The notes below the pieces were generated by a model. The model had not been told where the DNA came from and searched no databases. It worked only from the letters and a program-made list of their open reading frames with translations. This document shows positions 25,501 to 37,500 of a stretch of DNA of 60,622 nt, in pieces (within the stretch, counting starts at the first letter, position 1; every line of letters starts with the position of its first letter). The stretch spans positions 68,999,159 to 69,059,780 of the forward strand of contig NC_057719.1 of assembly GCF_004010195.1 (NCBI RefSeq), read 5' to 3'. Both the position numbers and the translations under genes were made by a program. Source of the stretch: Chiloscyllium plagiosum. Taxonomy: Eukaryota.

Positions 25501-28500
25501 ATTCAAAAATACAGAATTAATGATCATATATGTTGGTATATGTTACACGCATTACATCCCATTAAAAATAGCAGCGATATTGTATATAGCTTTCTTTTAA
25601 CAAAAAATGTTATTGTATTCTGCCATATATGACTACTGTAGCTTTCATTTTGAATGACCATTTTCAAATTAATTGCATCCTCAGGCAGTGCTTGAGACCA
25701 TCCGCAATTTAATGAATACAGAGTGTGTAGTCCCTGACTGGCTTCATGATATAATCCTTGGATATGGAGACCCTGGAAGTGCTCAATATTCGAAGATGCC
25801 AAATCAGATTTCCACACTGGATTTTAATGATACCTTTCTGTCTATTGAGCACCTGAAAACTGGTTTTCCTGGGTGTTCTATTAAAACAACAGTTGAGAAC
25901 TCTACTCTGCAAAAGCCTCCATTTAGGTAAGAATACAAATTGACATGTGCAAGCTTTAATCAGTTTTTTTCTATTTCATATCTGAAAATGTTAATGTAGT
26001 TAAGTATTGTTATAACATATAAAGGTGCAACCTGCAATCAGTGTCATCTTGTTTACAGTGTTGTACAGTGTAATACTGAATATTCTTAGTAAGACAATGT
26101 TAATGGAAAACTGATAATTATTCTGGTTATTGAGAAAAATGTGTAAAAACTTTGCCATCACTATTATGAACATTCCACCCCAACCTAAACTTTAGGATCA
26201 CCTTCCCCGTGCAGCTTGGAAAAGGGAAAAAACGAAAAGGGGAGAATGATGCTGATGGAGAGAAGGAAGAGACTCCAACTTTAATTATTGAACCTCATGT
26301 GATTCCAAACCGAGGACCTTACCCATATAACCAGCCAAAGAGGTAAATATAAAAGGGCTTCCTAATAATTTAGCTGTTTGTTTGCTCCTTCAACTGGGCT
26401 ATTTTAGTTTCTAATCTGTTACACTTCATGGATCCTGCAGTTTATATTCAACCAATGGTACATCCCGTTTACAGAGAACAATGTCACTTGACTCAAGGTC
26501 CCGCCACCTTTGATTTTCCCCAAAGCAGCAAATTAATGATTAAAAGGTTCGGCTCACCTTCTAGTTAAGTGTACATTAACCAGCTCTTGATGGCCAGGAG
26601 AAGATTGTCCAATTTAAAAGCAACAGCAAGATGACCTAAATGTGGTAGAGGAGGCTCCACAAGGAAGTCGCTTTCTCTCAATTTGTACAAATCTTTAACT
26701 TAAAAAGACAGCATTCATAGCCAGGCCACCATACTGGAGGAGTAATCCTGAAATTTCATGCCCACCCCAAAAGATTCAACCACTCTTCACCCAATTATCA
26801 GGATGTGGACAATGTAGAACTGAAAGAATCTGAATTTGTGTCACAATGTAGAAGACACATAATTTAAATGTGTACGTGCTCACTCAGTGCATCTCATGCT
26901 CAGAGTCAGTAGAGAAATAATTTTGTAATGAAAATGATACATTGGTTTTTCTTTAGAGTTGAATAGAAGGAAAGGATAAAAAGACACTTGTTTTAATACA
27001 TTGCTTTCAAACATCATAAAACCTGAAGTCATTCACATCAAAAGAACTGCATTGATTCACAGCATCGGGTCAAACAGGAGCAATGTGCTGATTACTAAGT
27101 ATCTCTTCCCTGCTCGATACCTGACCTATCACTACTCCTTCATGTTGAACACCACTTGGAGGAAGCACTGAAACTGGGGTCTTCAATATCCATCACTAAA
27201 AATAGCTTAGTAGCACCACTATGACAGAGTTGATAGTGTCCCAAGTGACACCATTGCTAGACTGGTTCTGTGGCAGTTGGTAAAGGAACCAAAAAACAGG
27301 GAAAAACATACTTGTCCTGACACTGGCCATTCTTCCTGCCACAATTAATCTGTCCATGACAGTATCAGTAGGACAGTCCTTCTGGAGGCAATGGCCTTTT
27401 GTCACATTAACGATATTCTCCTGCATATTGTGTGGCAGTATCACTTTTGTGGTATAGACTTTGAACTGATCTAGCAACTTGACTGGTGTCTACGAGGAGC
27501 TGGGGACCATCAGTGGAATTCTACTCTAATGCAATCTGCAAACTTGTACCCTGGCATAATACCTACCCTACCATTACCCTCAAGACAGAGGCTCAACCCT
27601 GTTTGGATGAAGAATGCGGAAAGGAATGGCAGGAGCAGGACTAGGTATGCCTAAAAAGACGTCAACCTAGTGAAGCTACAACATAGCAATAATTGTGTGC
27701 CTAACAGTATATGCAGCATGTATTAGACAGTATTATGGGCAAGCAATTTTGCGACCAATGGATCAGATCGAAGGTCTGCAGTCTTGTCGCATTAGAGGAG
27801 GAGGCTCTGTAAAAATCACCATCTTCAATGACAAGGTAACATAGCACATCAGTTTAAAAGATGAGGCTGAAACATTTACAGAAATCTTCAGCCAAAACTG
27901 TAGCGTAAATGATCCAGCTCAGCGCTCTCCAGAAGTCCCCAGCATCCCAATGTCAATCTTCGTGACCAATTGATTCACTCCATTTAATATCCAGATTGAC
28001 TGAAAGCATTAGATATGAAATGGCTATGACCCCTGACAACATTTGAGCAGAACCTGTCACATTCCTAACCAAGCCGTTCCAGTACAACTAACACATTGGC
28101 TCCCAACCAACACTAAAAAATTGCCCAGGTATATCTTGTCCACAAAAAGCAGAACACACCCAACCCAGTTAATTACTGCCCCTTCAGTCTACTCTTAATC
28201 CTTGGTAATGTGATGGAAGGTGATGTCAAGTGTTGTCACTTGTACAATAATTTCTCAGCAATAATCTGCTTGTTGACATTCAATTTGGGTTCCATTAGGC
28301 CTCTCAGTTGCTGATGTCCTTTAGCTCTTTTGTCCACGTTTGAACCAAGGCAAATGTCCAGAGATAAAGCAAAAGTAACATTGACATGAAGACTGCATTT
28401 GAGTGTGGCAACAAGGAGCCCTAACCAAGCAAGAGTCAATGGGTTTTGAGGTAAAGCTGAACATTGGTTAGAGTCGTACCAAGCACAAAGAAAGATGGCT

Positions 28501-31500
28501 CTGTTGTTTGAGGTCACCTCAGTTCCAGGATATCTGTCCATGTTCTCCTCAGAGCAGTGTCCTAGAATCAGCCATATTCAGCTACTTCATCAAAGACCTT
28601 TCCTGCATCATAAGGTCAGATATGAGGATAAAGTCTTACAGCACAGAGACAGCCCTTCGATCCAAACTGGTCCATGCTGACCAAAATGTCCATCCACGTT
28701 AACTCCATTTCCCTGCATTTCGCCCATATTCTTTGAAACCTTTCCTATCCATGTATTTGTCTAAATGCCTTTTAAACATTGTTAATGTATCTGCTGGCAG
28801 CTCATTCCATGTGCACACCACCCTCTGCGTAAAAAAAAATTGCCCCTCATGTTCCTTTTTATTTTTTCCCCTTTAATTAAACGGATGCCCTCTAGTCCTC
28901 AATTCCCCAACCCTGGGAAAAAGACAGAGTGCATTTATCCTGTCCATGCCTCTCATGATCTTAGAACTTCTATAAGATCTCCCACCGAGACTCCTACGCC
29001 CTAAAGAACAAAGTCATGGCTTGTTCAACTGCTCCCTATAATTCAGACCATTGAGTCCTGGCAACATCCTTGTAAATTTCTTATGCAGCCTTTCCAGTTT
29101 AATAATATCCTTCCTATGGCAAGGTGACCAAAGCTGAACACAATACTCCCAAGTGCGGCCTCACCAATGTCCTGAACAACTGCAACATAACTCCCCAACT
29201 TCAAAACTCAATGCCCAGACTGAAGGCCAGTGTGCCAGAAGCCGCCTTCATTACTCTGTCTACCTGTGACTCCACTTGTATAGAGAACTGAGCACCTGAG
29301 CTCCAAGATCCCTCTGTTCCCCTACACTCCTTAAGGCCCTACCATTCACCATGAAACTCCTACCTTGATTTGACTTCCCAAATGCAAGACCTCATACCTG
29401 TTTATATTAAACTCCATTTGCTATTTCTTGGCCCACTTCCCCAGCATCAACGTCCTGCTGCAATTACTGACAACCTTCCTCACTGACCACGATACTGCCT
29501 GTTTTCGTGTCATCGGCAAACTTACTAATCATGCCTTGTACATTCTCATCCAAATCATTGATATAGATAACAAGAAGTATTGGGCACAGAACCGACCCCT
29601 GAGATACACCACTAGTCACAGGCCTCCATTCCGACAAGCATCCTTCCACATTGACCCTCTGCTTTCTACCACCAAGCCAATTGTATATCCAATTTGCCAG
29701 CTCTCCTTGGATTCCATGGGTTCTAACCTTTCAGAGCAGCCTACCATGTGGAACCTTATCAAAGACCTTACTTGAAATCCATATAGACTATGTCTACTGC
29801 TCAGCCCTCACCTACCTTCCTGGTCACTTCATCAAAGACTCTAACAAGTTTGTGAAGCATAATCTCCCATGCACAAAGCCATGCTGACTGCAGATGCTGG
29901 AGATCAGAGTCGAGAGCATGGTGCTGGAAAAGCACAGCCAGTCAGGCAGCATCCGAGGAGCAGGAGAATTGACGTTTTGGGCATAAGCCCTTCATCAAGA
30001 ATGAAGCTGTGGGTCGGGGCTGAGAGATAATTGGGAGGGGGGTTGGGGGGAGATAGCTGGGAAAGCGATTGGTGGACAAAAATGAGGGAGAATGTGATAA
30101 GTCAGAGGAGGCAATGATGGACTGGTCCGGAGGGTGGGGCCGAATTGGAAGCTTGGGACTAGGATAATGTGGGGGGAGGGGAAATGAGGAAGCTGTTGAA
30201 ATCCACATTTATCCTGTGTGATTGCAGGGTCCCAATGCGGAATATGAGGCGTTCCTCCTCCCAGGTGTTGGGTGGTAACGGTTAGCGGTAGATGAGGTCC
30301 AGGGCCTGCCTGTCCTTGACGGAGTGGGAGGGGGAGTTGAAGTGTTCAGCCATGGGGTGGTGGAATTGGTGGGTGCGGGTTTTCCAGAGATGTTCTCTCA
30401 AACAATTCGCAAGAAGGCGTCCTGTCTCCCCTGTGTAAAGGAGACCATACCAGATGCAACGGATACAGTAGATGACATTGGTAGAGGTGCAGAGGAATTT
30501 CTGATGGATGTGGAAGGATCATTTGGGGCCTTGGACAAAAGTGAGGGGAATGGTGTTTTTGCAGGTTTTGGACTTCCTGCGGTGGCAGGGAAAGGTGCCA
30601 GGAGTGAGGTGTGGGCTGGTGAGGGGTGTGGACCTGACGAGGGAGTCAGAAGGGAATGGTCTTTTTGGAATGCTGATAGGGATAGGGAAAGAAATATATC
30701 TTTGGTGGTGGAGTCCATTTGGAGGTGGCGGAAGTGGCGGAGGATGATGTGTTTTTGCAGAGGTTGGTGGGGTGGAAGGTGAGGACCAGGGGTGGTTCTG
30801 TCTCTCAGCCCCGACCCACAAGCCTCATTCCTAATGAAAGGCTTATGCCCGGAACGTTGATTCTCCTGCTTCTTGGATGTTGCCTGAAAGGCTGTGCTTT
30901 TCCAGCACCACACTCTCTACTTCTGATCAAGCCCTGTATTTCCAAATACACGTATATCTTATCCCTCAATCTTCTCAAGTGACTTATCTACCACAGACAT
31001 TAAGCTTGCTGGTCTATAGTTCCCATGTTTGTCTTTGTAACCCTTCTTGAATAAAGGCACAATGTTTGCTGCCCTTCAGTCTTCTGGGACCTTACCCGTG
31101 GCTAACGATGATGCAAAAATACCAGCCAGAGCCCCCGTAATTTCTTCTCCACCTTCTTGCAGTGTTCTTGATGTTTGCTCTTGATTGGTGCTGGACATGA
31201 TGCAATGATAGCCTCCTCAGATACTGGAACAGTTGATGTACAAATGCAGCAGAACATGGACTGCATCTGTACTTGGGCTAACAGATGGCAAAAAAGATTC
31301 ACGCCACATGTGCCAGGCAATGTTCATTCCATCAACAGAAAATCTAACCATTCAATGGCATCACCATTGCTGAATATGCTACTGTCAACATTTTGGGGGA
31401 CAGTAATAAATACTATGGCTACAAAGCATGTCAGAAACCAAGAATCTTGCTGAAAGTAACTCTCCGCCTAACTACTGAAAGCCTGTCCACTACCTGCAAA

Positions 31501-34500
31501 ACATAAGTCAAAAGTGTCATGGAATACTGCCCATTTGCCTGGATGCGTGTACCTCCAACAACACTCAAGAAACTTGACACCATCCAGGACAAAGCAGATC
31601 AGTGACACCACAACTGACAAACATTCACTCCTACCACCAGCAATGCACAGTAGCAGCAGTGTGTGCTGTCTGCTAGAAGCATCGCAGAAATTCACCAAAA
31701 ACCCTTAATACCTTCCAAGCCCACAACCATTGCCATCTAGAAGAACAAGGGCAGCAGTTACATTGGTTCACGTCAGAGCCACTCATTATCCTGACTTGGA
31801 AGCATTTGACAGTTTTTCTCAGTCTTGCTGGGTTACAAATCCTGGAACTCCATCCCTAACTGCATTGGGGGCTATTACTAACACCAATTGAGCTGCAGTG
31901 ATCACATTCCCTACAATGTGGAAACAGGCCATTCGGCCCAGCAAGTCCATTCTGATACTCTGAAATGTAACCCACCCAGACCTATTTACCTCTGACTAAT
32001 GCACCTAACATGGCTCTGTGCATGGGAAATCATGTCTCACAAACTTAATTGAGTTTTTTGAAAAAGTAACAAAGAAGATTGATGAGGGCATAGCAGTAGA
32101 TGTGATCTATATGGACTTCAGTAAAGTGTTGACAAGGTTCACCATGGGAGACTGGTGAGCAAGGTTAGATCTCATGGAATACAGGGAGAACTAGCCATTT
32201 AGATGCAGAACTGGCTCAAAGGTAGAAGAAAGAGGATGGTGGTGGAGGGTTGTTTTCAGACTGGAGGCCCACGACCAGTGGAGTGCCACAAGGATCAGTG
32301 CTGGGTCCACTACTTTTCATCATTCATATAAATGATTTGGATGTGAGCATAAGAGGTATAGTTAATAAGTTTGCAGATGACCCCAAAATTGGAGGTGTAT
32401 TGGACAATGAAGAAGGTTACCTCAGGTTACAACAGAATCTTAATCAGATGGGCCAATGGGCTGAGAAGTGGCCAATGGCGTTTAATTCAGATAAAGGTGA
32501 GGTGCTGTACTTTGGGAAAGCAAATCTTATCAGGACTTATGCATTTAATGGTAAGGTCCTGAGGAGTGTTGCTGAACAAAGAGACCTTGGAGTGCAGGTT
32601 TATAGCTCCTTGAAAGTAGAGTCACAAGTAGATAGGATAGTGAAGCAGGCGTTTGGTATGCTTTCTTTTATTGGTCAGAGTATTGAGTTCAGGAGTTGGG
32701 AGGTCATGTTGCAGCTGTACAGGACATTGGTTAGACCAGTTTTGGAATATTGTGTGCAGTTCTGGTCTCCTTCCTAACGGAAAGATGTTGTGAGACTTGA
32801 AAGGGTTCAGAAAAGATTTACGAGGATGTTGCCAGGGTTGGAGGATTTGAGCTATGGGGAGAGGTTGAATAGGCTGGGGCTGTTTTCCCTGGAGCTTCGG
32901 AGGCTGAGGAGTGACCTTATAGAGGTTTATAAAATCATGAGGGGTGTGGATAGGATAAAGAGAGAAAGTCTCTTCCTTGGGGTGGGAGATATCCAGAACT
33001 AGAGGGCATAGGCTTAGGGTGAGAGGGGAAAGATACAAAAGAGATCTAAAAGGCAACTTTTTCACGCAGAGGGTGGTACGTGCGTGGAATAAGCTGCCAG
33101 AGGAAGTGGTGGAGGCTAGTACAATTGCAACATTTAAAAGGCACCTGGATAGGTATTTGAATAGGAAGGATTTGCTGGCAGGTGGGCGTAGATTGGGTTG
33201 TGATATCTGGTTGGCATGGACGAGTTGGACCGAAGTGTCTGTTACCATACTGTACATCTCTATGACTCTAACACTATGGGCAATTTAGCATGGCCAATCC
33301 ACCTAACCTGCACATATTTGGACTGTGGGAGGAAACCGGAGCACCTGAAGGAAACCCACGCAGGCAGGGAGAATGTGCAAACTCCACACAGACAGTCGCC
33401 TGAGGCTGAAATCAAATCTGGGTCCCGAGCGCTATGAGGCAGCAGTGCTAACCAATGAACCACTGTGCCTGTGGGTTCTCAAACCATGATGCATTCACTG
33501 ATAATGGATAAAGAAGATAGCTCGCCATCAACTTCTCAAAGGCAACTAGAGATGGACGATGAATACTAGCTCAGCCAGGGACATGCACATCCAATGAAAA
33601 ATTTTCCAAAATTTTGCCGTTATTGTTAGGTGGGTAAGTTCAGTTATTTTGTGTCAAAGGGTGTTCTACAACCTTCAGCAAGATGAATGACTACTTGATC
33701 TATCTTTAATAATGGTGTTTGCTTCCAGTTAAGTTTTGTGTAGTTTCTAAATGAGCATTTGAGTATCTTATGTTTGGTGTTGCTTTAGGCTTTTTTGTAT
33801 AAGCATGTTCCTTAATACTTTAAGAGAATACAGTACCGGGCATGAATTTTAACTAGTTTTCAACCATGCTGGTAGGTTCTTTCTAAACTCTTAATCAGAC
33901 TATGCTGGTATACAGGAATGCTTCAGGTTGTGTCTGAGTGGTGAGTAAGATCCAAGTGAATACCCTGACAGCCTCGCAGGACAAGATCACATCCCTGTCT
34001 AAGGTCACCCAGTACTTTGGACAAGTGGAATTTACCTTATCAGCATTCAACTGTATTAAGTAACCCAAGCTGTAAGAGTGGAAGGAAACATTTCAGACAG
34101 TTGTGTTTTAAAAATAGGTTTTATTAATAACTGAGGTAGCACTAGCAAAGAAGCAGCAACACGATGACTTGCAAGGCAAATGAAACCATATTTTATAATG
34201 AAACATTATCATAAAGTGGGATGCATTGAAATGTAGATGAGGTACTCTAGAGAGTTATGAACCTTCAATTTTGGGCATCAGTTTGTAAATCAAAATAATG
34301 TTATTTTTCTCTTGACATGTTGCTTATTCTCATGTGGGTTTTAATTCCAGAAACACAATTCAATTCACACCAACACAGATAGAAGCAATTCGGGCTGGTA
34401 TGCAGCCAGGTCTAACAATGGTAAGAACATGCGGAAACTTTTAGCTTTTATTTTCTCTTGCCAATTTCTGACTAGTTTACTTGACTGTGTTTAATGTAAC

Positions 34501-37500
34501 AAAAGTGGCATATTCCAAATGCTGGAAATTTAAAATAAAAACACAAGATGCTGAAAATATTCTGCATGTCAGGCAGCATCTACAGAAAATATTTTAAGTG
34601 ACTCTGATTGTTTCCTCACATTTATTTCTTTAATACTGATTTCTGTGTTCTAGGTAGTAGGCCCACCAGGTACAGGGAAAACTGATGTGGCTGTGCAGAT
34701 AATTTCTAACCTGTATCATAACTTTCCAGAGCAGCGGACTCTCATTGTGACACATTCCAACCAGGTATGTCAACAATAAGTATTTTCAGTGATTCACTAC
34801 ATTGGATCTTGTTCCAACAGGCTGAGCAGTCTACTATTTGTTGTGTGTAGCATAGGTCTCAGTAAAACTGGAGATGCTCATGACATGAGTGAAATGCCCT
34901 GCAAACATGAATAATCCCTCCTGTAGTAAATTTGTAATTTGTGATTTGTCTTGGATTTAACTTGCTGGACCAATGTTGATTTCATTTAAAATAGCTGTTT
35001 TAATTTTTTGATTGGAACAGGTGCAGGGACTATTTGAATCAGTGTCCTCATGGGGAAACCATATGATCACTTTTTCCATTTTGACCATCAAGTGCTAATA
35101 TTCATAGTCCCTTAATCAGGAATAACACAATCAGACTAAGTAAAGAGCGTCCTGTTGTCCCTACTCAACATGCCTGACCTTACTCTCAAAAGACCACCCT
35201 TCATCTTTGAGTGTGATGTTTATTCTTTTAAAAAAAGTCAATAGTCCTTATGATTTTAGTAAATGAAGATGTCAGCTTATAAACGTTGAGCCATTTTTAT
35301 GCAACAGGCATTTTCTAAAGAACACTGGTGAAGCCTTTAATTTATGAGTGACCTTTGTGGCCAACAATGCAAAGAGGCTGTCATCAGTTTAGATTGATCC
35401 AAAAATAGGTTTCACACAGTATGCGACAGCACACATTGCAGTTTGGTGTGTTTAATATTTTTTAAATGTCCTGAAGTTTGTTTGAATGTTAGAAGTGAAC
35501 ATTTTCATCAATATCCAATGCTATAAAATACTTTTGTTTCAAATATTCTGGCCTTGCTTGCTCATGTTGTGAACAGTTATTTGTAATTAGTACCCAAGTA
35601 ATGGTTAGCACACTTTTGTTACACTTGTTATAGTTTTGCTTTCCCAAATATGCTGATTAATAACTACTGTCTCTGTTATGTGACAACATGTTTCGTTCTA
35701 AACTGTATTGAAGTGAAGATTCATTGTAGTCATTCTGTCTCAATATGGCAAACTTTGTCTTGTCCCTAAAGTTCCTCTTGATAATGTTTGTGTTTAAAAT
35801 CCTAAGATAAGCGTCTCATTTCCACTGTTAATGTAACTTGTATCTTATACTTTTTAGTCTTGTTGAGTTACGTTATTGACCTTTTTTTAAACTCTTCATT
35901 GCACTTTTTAAAAAACTCCTGATTTGGTATGGCTGGCATTTTCTCTTATGGTAGCTAATTGGTCCAGACTCTTTTTGGGAAATATACTTGCGGCTTGAAT
36001 GTTAATTGATCAGAGAGACTCATTTTATATTGCAGCCATACTTCAATGGGGTAAACTCAAATATAGCAGCTGCATTATTGACAATCAGACATTTAAAAAT
36101 GCAGATGTATAATTGCTGATTTGAATAAATTTATGTGGGTAGTCATATTTCAGAACAAGTACTAAGTCAAGCAATCATTTTTCCAGAGTAATTTACAGTA
36201 AAGTCAGAAATAAAGGCTCAGGTTTTCTGAGTAGTGGCAATCACATCTGACACTCAGCTCCTAAATGTTTACATTAAGCATGTATTTTTGACAGGCGATT
36301 CTAATCAGGACTAATTCAACTTTTAAGTCTGACTGTGCAGGTAGTTGGGGGAAGTCAAACTATGCCCCCTTTATCACAACATTTGTTTCCTATTCTGTGA
36401 TTTAAATGTTTATTTCACAAGCAGCCACTTTGTGCATAAGGTGACTATGAGGATTGGGTATCAGTTAAGTAGGTTGCAAGGTGGTATAGGAGTGTTTAGG
36501 GTAGGTTGGGGTGGGCAAAGGCAACACTTCTTAGCTGCACGCGCGCTCTGCTGCTGCAATTTTCCACACGTAGGCATTTACTTCTGGTTCTGGAAGTTGC
36601 TGGCGTGCACTGGCCTTGAAGGCTTATGCAGCCAGTAAGAAAATTAGAAGGAATGCTGGATTGGGGATATCATATGCAATAAAGAGTTGGGAGGGAATGC
36701 ATCATCAGGTCTTGTGGGTGCATGGAATGTTGGACTGAGGGGAAGAATAGGGTTTTAAAGGTGGTTGTGGGTTGAGGTGATCTTGGGTGGAAAGGAGGAT
36801 GCTGTCACATGAGGGGGCAGTCTAATTTGGGGATATGAATGTTCAAGGAGAAAGTGAGGTCTGCAGATGCTGGAGATCAAAGTTGAAACTTTATTGCTGG
36901 AACAGCACAGCAGGTCAGGCAGCATCCAGGGAACAGGAGATTCGACGTTTCGGGCACAGGCCCTTCTTCAGGAATGAGCAGAGAGTGTTCAGCAGGAGAA
37001 GATAAAAGGTAGGGAGGAGGGACTTGGAGGAGGGGCGTTGGAAATGTGATAGGTGGAAAGAGGTCAAGGTGAGGGTGATAGGTCGGAGTAGGATGGAGGC
37101 GGAGAGGTCAAGAAGAAGACTGCAGGTCAGGAAGGCGGTGCCGGGCTGGAGGGATCCGGCTGAGACAAGGTGGGGGGAGGGGGGATGAAGAAACTGGTGA
37201 AGTCCAAGTTCATCCCCTGCGGTTGGAGGGTTCCCAGTCGGAAGATAAGACGCTCCTCCTCCGACCGTCGGGTTGTTGTGGTTTGGCGGTGGATGAGTCC
37301 AATGACCTGCATATCCTCGGTGGAGTGGGAGGGGGAGTTGAAATGCTGTGCTACAGGTTGGTTGGGTTGGTTCGTCCGGGTGGCCCAGAGGTGCTCTCTG
37401 AATCGCTCCGCAAGTAGGCGGCCTGTTGAGGGTGGGAGTCAGCTTATTTGTTATTCTGGAGTTCGACTAACTTTTTTAATTGTCTAACTTCTCATAGGTA

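Larger units (their letters stand above)
27060..33600 (+). mobile_element. Old CR1/L2-group LINE split into 27060-28630, 31170-31900 and ~33510-33600 by nested insertions
   Basis: RT-like segments (aaattgcccaggtatatcttgtccacaaaaagcag, aattactgccccttcagtctactc); colinear with the 46880-49060(-) and 58330-59127 copies; 3' tail resumes at ~33510. Confidence 0.8.

Noticed and set aside
32622..33257. 211-aa minus-strand ORF (also 43366-43914 +, 30324-30782 +, 60106-60495 +)
   Set aside because: Antisense or alternative frames of CR1 and PLE coding sequence
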